DNA from: Pirellulales bacterium
GTDB lineage: Bacteria; Planctomycetota; Planctomycetia; Pirellulales; PALSA-1355
Length of the DNA stretch: 64,000 bases
Reading direction: 5' to 3'
NCBI GenBank assembly: GCA_041741015.1
Contig: JBGSKX010000316.1
Coordinates: 9,457-73,456 of the forward strand
Each line of letters starts with the position of its first letter. The stretch's first letter is position 1. The notes beneath the pieces were generated by a model that was given only the letters and a program-made list of their open reading frames with translations, did not search any database and was not told the DNA's origin. The position numbers and the translations under genes are program-made. Shown in pieces: positions 30,715-39,029 of the stretch.

Positions 30715-31725
30715 CTAGAACCTGTGGGGGTAGTAAATGTCGGCCAGGTGGCCAAACGACTCAGCAAATTCGCTCAGCGATGGAGGCTCACGCGAAACCA
30801 GAACCAGCATGTAGGGCGTTGGCGGCAAGAAAGGTTTCGAAGTGGTGGTGGAAAACACCGGGCGCTCGCGGAGAAAGGCCTTGACGTAGGGTTGCAACGG
30901 CCCCGCGTAGGTCGAGTCCATGACGGCCGGCACAAAAACAACTGCCTCTTCAGCCTCGCCGCAGGTGACGGCCATAATTAGTCGCTCTACTAGAGGCAGA
31001 ATGCAGTCGAGCGGCGGGTTAAGAAAAATATTGCCAGTCCATGTCGCATCAATTGAAAGAGGGTCAACAGACGCCACGAGATCATTCCTCAATTGAGATT
31101 CAGGTTTCAAAATGCGCCGAGCAGAGAAGTACTCAGCAACTGCGAGCAAGATCGCACTCGGAGGATCATGGAGACGTATGTGGTCTCCAAGTGTAGGCCC
31201 ACCTGAATTGCGAGAACCCGAATCAGTGGTTTGATCGATCGCAAGAGATTCGGACATTCTGGTCGGAGGCGATGGAGCAATTAGCGCCCAGGCTTCGGAC
31301 AGCGAAAGATTCTCAACCAAATCGAGAAATTCATTTTTTCTCATCGTGAGAAACTTCTCTGGCTCGATACCAAGCGCTTGCGGGAGCTTTCTCACGAGCC
31401 GCAGATATCGATAGAGTTGCGCTTTCGACAGTCGCATCTCCGGATGCTGGGAAAGCGTTGCGACTGCTGCGGTTTTTGCCTTCTGTGGAGCAGCATCTTG
31501 CACGCGCTTAACGATCACCCCAATGCTGAAAGCCGAATACAACCCACGCCGTAAGCCAGCCGCGAAATGCCCTGCTATGTCGTTGTGCAATCGGTTGATT
31601 GCGTTGACGTAGCGTTGTTCTGCGTTCTGGCTTCGCTGGCCTTGCCCCGCAGGAATTAACTGCTGCCGTTGCGATTCGATCGTAGGAGCGTTCCGGCTGG
31701 ACGTGCCGTTTTGACTGTTTGCCAT
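30715..31725 (-). CDS. DUF3102-like helical domain fused to a degenerate phage-Dam-type methyltransferase domain
   Basis: WTGNIFLNPPL (vs NPPY), ILKPES (vs LDPAS), AFLRERPVF; ends 14 bp upstream of the tubulin-like gene. Confidence 0.6.
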   Translation of the reverse strand: MANSQNGTSSRNAPTIESQRQQLIPAGQGQRSQNAEQRYVNAINRLHNDIAGHFAAGLRRGLYSAFSIGVIVKRVQDAAPQKAKTAAVATLSQHPEMRLSKAQLYRYLRLVRKLPQALGIEPEKFLTMRKNEFLDLVENLSLSEAWALIAPSPPTRMSESLAIDQTTDSGSRNSGGPTLGDHIRLHDPPSAILLAVAEYFSARRILKPESQLRNDLVASVDPLSIDATWTGNIFLNPPLDCILPLVERLIMAVTCGEAEEAVVFVPAVMDSTYAGPLQPYVKAFLRERPVFSTTTSKPFLPPTPYMLVLVSREPPSLSEFAESFGHLADIYYPHRF

Positions 31726-32391
31726 CTGAAGACTTCCGGAAGAGTGATTTCTTACGCGATCCTCAATGCAGGATGACGCTTTGAATTGTGCGACGTGGCG
31801 TGATAGCATCGTCGCGCGGACTTTGGCTAAGGTTTTTGCACAAGGTTTTCCTTAGTGCGATACACGCCAACGACCCACGCGCGTTGATGTCAGCGCCTGT
31901 GCCTACGCGAACTAGCCTCTAGCAAGCCTCTTTAGGTGCTTGTTAATGCTGCTTTGCTTACGCCCTTCTTGTTCGGGCGGCATTGACTGGACAGTTGCAA
32001 CCGATGCATGCTGTCAAGTGCTATGGTCGCAAGTGCTGATTCGTTCCACCGAATCGGGACTTATGGTTGTGAAGCCAAAGTCCGCACTTGCCGCGACAGA
32101 CGCATTTAAGTGCGCCGAGCACTTGCCGCCTAGGTAAGGAAAAGGCCATCCTAAGAACCGAAAAAGGTCAGCCAGGTGCCGCATTCCGGCACTCATCAAG
32201 GCCGAGTGCGTGATCACTTTCAGGCACCGCCAGGAATGGCAATCTGCGAGGCGTCAGGCCTTTGGCCGACACGGCAGCTAGATATAATCGCTCGTACCTA
32301 GCGTCATCGAGTCAGAGATGGCACTACTCATTAAGAATGCTTCGCCACTTGCGCAATCCAGTTGATTTAGATCCGTTGAGGTACAAAACAA

Positions 32392-33411
32392 ATGGCATCC
32401 GACTCTCAGGAACTTTCGACTGACAAACGGCGAGTCGATCAGGGCCGTGTCTTGCAATGCCGCCGAAACGCAAATCTCACGCAGCCAACAGCTGCCAAAC
32501 GCATTGGGATCGGCCTCAAGGCCTTATGCAAATTGGAGAAAAGTGGCGGAGTCTTGACTATCGGAAAACTGGAGGCAATGTCGCGCGAGTACGGGATTGC
32601 ACATTGGTCGGAGCTGGTTAGCAACGACGCTTCATCGGAAGCCCTACTCTTCCAAACTGGCGGCTTGCTCAGCAAAGAGGCAGTCGAAGGAGACTTTCTG
32701 TTCCAAGACTTTGTATGCGATGAATACCCGTCTCATGTAGACGACGGGAATTGTCCGGTAGCACTGTTGTGGGCCGACGCTCGCCGAAGGGCGCACTGTA
32801 TAGCGAATGTGTGCTATCCCGCGACAAGCGACGAGACCACATATTTGAGAATCGCCTTTCGCAGTGGGAACGGACCTTACCCAGCTAACGTAGGTATTCA
32901 TCCAAAGTCAATGCGTGCCAGAAAATTGAATGAGCAGCAAATAGGCTTGAGGTTCCGAGCGTTGCTGCTTCAAAATGACGACTCTACTCGACCGCTGTCC
33001 CTCGTAGTGAGATTATCTGATGGCAAATGCCAAGTATGGGAGTACCACAAGCGTCGCATGGCCTACTGCGTGTTTTCACTTGGCTCTGTAGCACACACAG
33101 AAGTTGTCCTTGAAGAAGATGCGTCAAGCGATTGTTGGCGCATTGCGAAGTTGCCACCGGCATCGGCGTGGACGACAATCGAAATCAGCACCCTTGCATC
33201 GTCAGACGATCATCGTTGGATGCCATTTAACCATGAAGGCGACAAACCATCTTTAGATGTGATCACTCGACTAACTCTTGAATTTGGTCACCCAGAGAAT
33301 AACCTGCGTCCGCGCGGAGGGGGCGGCGTGGTGCTTATATCCCCAATCGAGGTCGTCACTGATCAGGCTTCTAACCATAGGGGGAAAGCAGCTAGTAAAA
33401 GGAAACGCTGA
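32392..33411 (+). CDS. XRE-family HTH regulator with unknown C-terminal domain
   Basis: RRNANLTQPTAAKRIGIGLKALCKLEK HTH; divergent from the tubulin operon. Confidence 0.75.
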   Translation: MASDSQELSTDKRRVDQGRVLQCRRNANLTQPTAAKRIGIGLKALCKLEKSGGVLTIGKLEAMSREYGIAHWSELVSNDASSEALLFQTGGLLSKEAVEGDFLFQDFVCDEYPSHVDDGNCPVALLWADARRRAHCIANVCYPATSDETTYLRIAFRSGNGPYPANVGIHPKSMRARKLNEQQIGLRFRALLLQNDDSTRPLSLVVRLSDGKCQVWEYHKRRMAYCVFSLGSVAHTEVVLEEDASSDCWRIAKLPPASAWTTIEISTLASSDDHRWMPFNHEGDKPSLDVITRLTLEFGHPENNLRPRGGGGVVLISPIEVVTDQASNHRGKAASKRKR

Positions 33412-33496
33412 TTGCGTGTCATGGCTCATAGCACACATGTCGACTGCCGCTCACATGGGCATGAGAGCGATTCTTGTCATATGATGGCACAAAGCT

Positions 33497-33922
33497 CTAT
33501 GGAAGGAACTCGTGCTTGAATAGCCAGTCGCCCAGGGCTTCCTCAACAATCTCTTGCTGAGTATCGGGCTTCGCGTGCTTCAGACGCTGCTCCAGGTGTG
33601 CCCGCCGAAGCGCCTGGGCCATGCGGTGCGGCAGGCGAACGGTCACTGGCACGAGTACCTGGTCCAGTAGGTCACTTGCTTCGGGGGCCACTTGGCTAGA
33701 ACGTCCTCGACTAGGACGACGGCTAGCGCGGGATCGCGATTCCCTGGATTCGGCGCTGTCCGCCACGGACGGCGGCAGCTCCACCGTTTTCTCGACAGGG
33801 AGCTTCCCCGCAGGCACTTCGACCGCCGTGGGTTTCGGCTCTTTCGTATCCTGTCCCTTGATGAACGCCAGCTTTGCAGGCGTCATCTCCATTGCATCTC
33901 CGAGTGATCTTCGTTCAGCCAT
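33497..33922 (-). CDS. ParA partner (small centromere-binding protein)
   Basis: Overlaps the parA stop; disordered N-terminus (RRSL), C-terminal RHH-like VTVRLP...QQEIVEEAL. Confidence 0.7.
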   Translation of the reverse strand: MAERRSLGDAMEMTPAKLAFIKGQDTKEPKPTAVEVPAGKLPVEKTVELPPSVADSAESRESRSRASRRPSRGRSSQVAPEASDLLDQVLVPVTVRLPHRMAQALRRAHLEQRLKHAKPDTQQEIVEEALGDWLFKHEFLP

Positions 33923-34589
33923 TTTCTACTTGTTGTCTCCCCGCTTGCCGCTTAATTGCGATCATTTCTCCAAGCAACTCTGTAAACAAAGCCTCGATAT
34001 CGGCCGCAGCCTGCGCACCTTTACGCCCTACTCGACCAACGACTGTGCCTTGTTGTGCCGCATCCCGGTACGCTTGAAGGTCCCGAATAACGTTCGTTGC
34101 CACCTGAAGTCCAAGCTTTGGGGCATTGTCCCGAAGCTCGTGGCTGATGGTATCACGAGTCTTCATCTTGTTGAGGACAAGTCGTCCGGCCGGTTTGCCG
34201 CCATTGATCCCTTGAGCGTACCGAAGGACAGTCGTGGCCCCGGCGACTGACCTGACATCAAGGATTGAAGGCGAAATTGGAAAAATCGCAAGGTCCGCAA
34301 GAATCAGCAAGGTTCGGCTTAGGTCCTCAAGCCCCCCTGGAGCATCACCCACCACAAAATCGTGGCTAGAAATCAATTCTTGGGCGTTTGCTAGGCATTC
34401 CTCAGGGGTGTCAGCGACCCTAACGCTAATTTGCGGCTCAACTTCGCCGATCCACTGAGAACTCGAACGCTGTTTGTCGGTGTCGAGTAATGCCGTTTGA
34501 AAGCCTTGGTCGAAGAGCCACACGGCGAGGTGCGTTGCGAGGGTGCTTTTCCCCACGCCGCCTTTGGAATTTGCGCAAACAATCATCAT
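33915..34589 (-). CDS. parA: Type Ib ParA partition ATPase
   Basis: KGGVGKST, LDTDKQ, GDAPG; short, no N-terminal HTH. Confidence 0.92.
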   Translation of the reverse strand: MMIVCANSKGGVGKSTLATHLAVWLFDQGFQTALLDTDKQRSSSQWIGEVEPQISVRVADTPEECLANAQELISSHDFVVGDAPGGLEDLSRTLLILADLAIFPISPSILDVRSVAGATTVLRYAQGINGGKPAGRLVLNKMKTRDTISHELRDNAPKLGLQVATNVIRDLQAYRDAAQQGTVVGRVGRKGAQAAADIEALFTELLGEMIAIKRQAGRQQVENG

Positions 34590-34849
34590 GCGTCGACAGT
34601 TGCATGAAAGTCTGCCGTCTGGCAAGCATGTTTATTTGCTGCGCCGCTGGTCTGTTGGCTTGCAATCAAGAAGCCTTGCCGGGATGCTTGTATCGTTTCC
34701 AGAAACGCCGCAACGCACGAGGCTTTCAGGTCGACAAGCCTGTCAGCATACATGTAAGCATGCTTGCATCGTTGCCAGCCAGAGAAAATGAACGCGACAA
34801 GTTTACTCCGGCGAAAGGTCGCGGCAGCCCAAAACGTACGAAAAGCCCC

Positions 34850-35243
34850 TACGGGGAAAGCGTGCAGAAAACGCTGGCGTTTTACAGTGAAACGATGCAG
34901 AGTTTGGAGCTCGGGAACTGAGCGGCTGGGTCAGTCTACAGTGAAACGAGACAGGGATGGGCCCACAAACGATCTTAGGATCGATCTGGCGTTGTGCTTT
35001 CTCCTACGGTGAAGCGAGACAGATCGATACGGTGAAACGAAGCAGGTGTTGATGTGCATCTACGGGGAAACGAAACAGGTGACAGCGGTGAAATGAGGCA
35101 GGGAGAGCGGGGAAACGAGACAGGAAAGCTCTCGCCGGTACGGTGAAATGAGACAGAAAAACCGGGCGTAAGTATTCGATAAAAAAGGGCTTTTCAGGGG
35201 CGTAACTCTTGTGTTAATAACTTTAAGTAACTTGCAACAACAG
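34850..35243 (+). repeat. Iteron array (nine 18-bp direct repeats) plus AT-rich unwinding segment: putative oriV
   Basis: Consensus TACGGTGAAACGAGACAG at 34850, 34883, 34937, 35005, 35028, 35061, 35084, 35106, 35139; AT-rich 35202-35243 before rep. Confidence 0.88.
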
Positions 35244-35276
35244 ATGCACTGGTGTTGCTTTTCTCGATGAGGATTG

Positions 35277-36710
35277 ATGGATGATGCTTCGCACACTGAT
35301 TCACTTCGCGCACTGACGCCGCTCGCGTTCGATCTCGAAGACGGCCGGGACGAGCTAAATCTCGCGGAGTTTCCACTGGCCGCCATTGCTGACCGTGTTC
35401 CGGACAATCAAAAAACGCTCGTCTTCGAGGACAAGATTTTTGATTCCGGAAAATCAGAAATGATCACCCGGCGCCTAACGATCTCAGCTTCAGACAAGTA
35501 CGGGCTACCGACGTCTCTCGATGACGAAGTGATTCTTGGACTCATCCAGCTCACCAAGCAAAAGCGGTTCAGCGAACGCAAAGTCAATTTCAGTCGCTAC
35601 CAGCTGATTCAAATTCTCGGCTGGCGGCATGAGGGCAGAAGCTATGATCGCCTGGAAAAATCGCTCAAGCGTTGGCTTGGCGTGACGCTCTACTACGACA
35701 AAGCCTGGTGGGACAAAGACGAGCAGACCTGGGTAGATGAAAACTTCCACATTCTGGAGCAAGTCACGCTCTACGATCAGGAGCGGAGACTTAAGCGTCT
35801 TCGAAGCGCCAACACGGAGCCGCCGCTCTCATCGTTTGCTTGGAATGAGGTCGTCTTTCGAAGCTTCAAGTCGGGCTACCTAAAGGCGATCGATCTTGGC
35901 GTCTTCAGACAGCTTGAGTACGCCGCCGCGAAACGCATGTACCGCTTTCTCGACAAACGCTTCTACCACAAGCCACGTTGGGAGTTTGACCTTATGGAGT
36001 TTGCCTGCGAGCACATTGGGCTAAGCAGGAACTACGATACGGGTCAACTAAAGCGAAGACTTCAACCATCGATCGCAGAACTTGAAGCCGTCGGGTTTCT
36101 GGAAGTCATGCCGATACCGCAACGCTTTGTGAAAATCTCTCGTGGGGAGTGGCGACTTGTGTTTATCAAGAAGGCCGTGGCGGCAGTCGAGCCACCAAGC
36201 AATGAAGCAGCAGTGCTCATCAAGCGTCTGTCCGATCGTGGCGTTACGCCATCCGTCGCGAGGGAGCTTGTTCGTGACTTTCCCCAAGAGCTAGTCACGA
36301 CTCAAATTGAAGTTCTCGATCGCCTCCGCCAGGTAAAAGTACGTGAGTCGATTCGCAATCCGGCAGGCTACCTCGTGAAGTCGATTCGCGAAGGATATGT
36401 GCCGGCCGCAAATCTTTTTCCAAAGGGAGCGTCGCAAGCCACTTCAACAGCTCCGAAGCTGGAAGTACCGCCACTACCAGACCCCGTCCAAGAGCAAATC
36501 GACGCGTTCCTTTTGACGCTTGGAAAACTGGAACTTGAGGAGCTTGAACGCGCGGGACTCGCACATGCCGAGCAAACACTTCTAGACGGTTATCAGCGCT
36601 CAAAGCGAGCAGGCGGACCAGCCTTCGGTGTCTACCGCCGGATGATCCAGGAGCGGGAAGCGAAGCGGCGACTCTTCACCGCCGCCGAACCCTCGAAGTC
36701 AGCAGCTTGA
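35277..36710 (+). CDS. Plasmid replication initiator protein A
   Basis: GRDELNLAEFPL, YGLPT..DDEVI, FSRYQL, RMYRFLDK, NPAGYL motifs; directly downstream of the iterons. Confidence 0.88.
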   Translation: MDDASHTDSLRALTPLAFDLEDGRDELNLAEFPLAAIADRVPDNQKTLVFEDKIFDSGKSEMITRRLTISASDKYGLPTSLDDEVILGLIQLTKQKRFSERKVNFSRYQLIQILGWRHEGRSYDRLEKSLKRWLGVTLYYDKAWWDKDEQTWVDENFHILEQVTLYDQERRLKRLRSANTEPPLSSFAWNEVVFRSFKSGYLKAIDLGVFRQLEYAAAKRMYRFLDKRFYHKPRWEFDLMEFACEHIGLSRNYDTGQLKRRLQPSIAELEAVGFLEVMPIPQRFVKISRGEWRLVFIKKAVAAVEPPSNEAAVLIKRLSDRGVTPSVARELVRDFPQELVTTQIEVLDRLRQVKVRESIRNPAGYLVKSIREGYVPAANLFPKGASQATSTAPKLEVPPLPDPVQEQIDAFLLTLGKLELEELERAGLAHAEQTLLDGYQRSKRAGGPAFGVYRRMIQEREAKRRLFTAAEPSKSAA

Positions 36711-36781
36711 AGTGCCCCGTAATTCAATTGCCTTCAATTCTCAAACCGTGTTATACGTTGCCATAGAAGGGCACAGGATAG

Positions 36782-37994
36782 GCCCTTCGACTGTCGATGA
36801 TCGTAAACGCTTTGACAAGATCCATCCGTTTGGAAGTGATCGCCCAAGGAGCATGGCCGCCAGCCATGCAAAAGGGGACGGAGCTTACCGCCCGTCACGA
36901 TCGCTTGCCGGTAGAGCCGGATACGCGGAAACGTGTTTGTCCGTGCTTCGAAGGAGGCCTTCCAGAGTAATCCTGTCGGACCGAACTGCTTTTGTAGTGC
37001 AGTTCACACAACGAGAGAGTAATCCTGGATTTCTATCCTATAGTGCAAACTTTTCTTTCGCTCCGAATGGGGGCGATGCGGAAATTCTTGCGGGCGGAGT
37101 TCTGCCCGTAAGCCGTCAGTTTTCAAAGTCGGTGAGGCCGTGCCATAGAGCATGGCGTAATCCACACACGGGGTTCGCCTCCTGATTTCAAGGGGCGTAC
37201 GACGTTGTCCGGCGTGGGGAGCCACGAGCCTAGCGATGGGTCGTGCCGGGGAGTGACATCCTCGGGTATCGCAGTAAGTCTGCGAACGTGAATAGCTCAA
37301 CCATGAAAGGCGAGTAATCGCTTGCCGGTAAGCTTCGAGAGAGTCGATGCCGAGACTTGTGCCGCTAGTCGATAGACATGCGGCACTGGGGACACGCAAC
37401 CGTTTCGCGTTAAGGGTAGCTTCTAGATTCGAGCCCTGAAACCGCAAACAATTGACCGATAAGGCTCAATTCCTTGCGTCGAGTAGGACGGCCGGAAGGC
37501 CGCACCTAGAAACGAGTTTTGCCATGCTGGGCAACCAGCTCACCCACGGAACTCTCAAAGCGAAGATTCTGACAAACGCAGGAACCACTACGGCCGCCGG
37601 ATTGGTAACCGGTGCGTCGCCGTCAGCGACGTGATCAAAACGCCGTAGTGGGGGAGTGGGCAATCAGTAGATAGCCGATGCATTCGGCGGCGGAAGCCGC
37701 AGGGAGCGTTGGGCGATGATCTTTGCGAAGGCAAAGACAAAAGCATGTGCATGACGCATAGACTTTTGCCGGGCAAGGCAGTCCGGTCTCGTTGGCGTTC
37801 TGGGTGGCACCAGAACAATCAGCCACGACGAAAGTTGCGACTGGCCTTTAGGCCAAACGGATGGACAAGCTGCGCGCGGCTGACGGGATTTGTGTTCCCG
37901 TCAGTCCGCGATCGGCTTTCCTTGGTTGGAAGCATAGTGAGTCAAACGAGTTCTCTTCGGGAGAAGAGGAGTCCTTTGGCAGCGAATCGAGGGT
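36782..37994 (+). ncRNA. Large structured RNA: putative circularly permuted group II intron-like ribozyme
   Basis: Perfect 13-bp end-to-end helix 36821-36833/37853-37865 plus nested terminal helices; DV-like 36914-36949; DVI-like ending CTATCCTAT at 37041; DI-DIII-like downstream; several GNRA tetraloops on the + strand. Confidence 0.7.
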
Positions 37995-38315
37995 GAACAG
38001 GCGGCGTGTATTTTTTTCACGGCGGTGTTCTCCCCGAGGTTTTCGGTACAGCGGTGGCATGGACTACGTGCGGAGCAGCTATGAATTTAGTAGCTCCGCC
38101 GTTGCCACCGCTCATTCCGAAAGGCTTTTGAGAGCAAGGTTCACAGGGATTTTCGAGAGGTTCTCGAAAGCCTGTCTGCATTCCTCAAGGGATCGCGGCT
38201 AAGGCGAAAAGGATTTTCTTTACAGGGCGAACAACAAGGATTTTGTTCGCCCTTCTTTGCGACTGCTTGCCTATGAAATAACTCATTGCAAGCGGTCACC
38301 AAGGAGGGCATCACG

Positions 38316-39005
38316 ATGGAATACAAATACGAGGTCACGAGTCTCACCGGATTCTTGCAGCGGGTCGCTACGCATCTTTTACCGAAGGGGTATTACTTCT
38401 TTGTGCAAGGCCTCGTCCCGGAGGGGAAGGATCCAACCGCGCTCGATGACAAACTTCTTGCCAAGTACGACGTGGCAAAGAGTGAAGGAGCGCGGCGCTG
38501 GCGAAAGCAGCAGGGTCTTGGAAACGTCCAGTATGTCCGCTTCAAGAACTTCTGGATACTCATGGCGAGTCACGGCTATCATCCCATTCGAGAAGGCGAG
38601 GGAGACAACCTAAAGGATGTCCGCCGCGTTCCGATCCGAATCGGCGAATACTCCCTTTACGTAAAGCGCGGGAACTACCTTAAGAAAGCCTCTGCCGAAG
38701 ATCAGCGGATGCCAGACGGACGATGGCGTGTGCGGGTGCTTATTGCCCGGGAGCCCTATCGAGAGCTCTGTGCATACTTTCTATCGATAGCTTGTCACCG
38801 GCGAGCGGATGCCTTGTCGGCGGAGCTGTATGAATTGCCTTACGTGCCCTATGCACCTGTTCGGAAGCAACTTCTCAAACTCTTAAGACTCATCAACGCG
38901 AAGCGACAAGCAGCAGGCTACGCGAAGATCCCCTACTCAGTTCTGCGGTTTAGGCGGCCTATTGTGAAAGCTTTTGAATTGCCAAGTGAAATGCGAGCGG
39001 CATAG
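38316..39005 (+). CDS. Hypothetical basic protein downstream of the large RNA
   Basis: 229 aa ORF with AAGGAGG RBS; Arg/Lys/aromatic-rich; no family recognised. Confidence 0.8.
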   Translation: MEYKYEVTSLTGFLQRVATHLLPKGYYFFVQGLVPEGKDPTALDDKLLAKYDVAKSEGARRWRKQQGLGNVQYVRFKNFWILMASHGYHPIREGEGDNLKDVRRVPIRIGEYSLYVKRGNYLKKASAEDQRMPDGRWRVRVLIAREPYRELCAYFLSIACHRRADALSAELYELPYVPYAPVRKQLLKLLRLINAKRQAAGYAKIPYSVLRFRRPIVKAFELPSEMRAA

Positions 39006-39029
39006 TCCCGAGGTCCAAATGTGAGGAGA

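Noticed and set aside
34850-35156. CRISPR array
   Set aside because: Repeats are 18 bp, degenerate and non-palindromic, with 4-50 bp gaps; they sit before rep and no cas genes are present. They are iterons.
35277-37041. Ordinary group II intron ending at 37041 with DI-DIV upstream
   Set aside because: Upstream is the intact rep gene with no RT (no YADD), and the DI-DIII-like elements lie downstream and pair back to the 5' part.
36712-38202. Short ORFs across the rep-downstream region (e.g. 36712-37185, 37004-37447, 37861-38202)
   Set aside because: No recognisable motifs or convincing RBS; the region is better explained by RNA structure.
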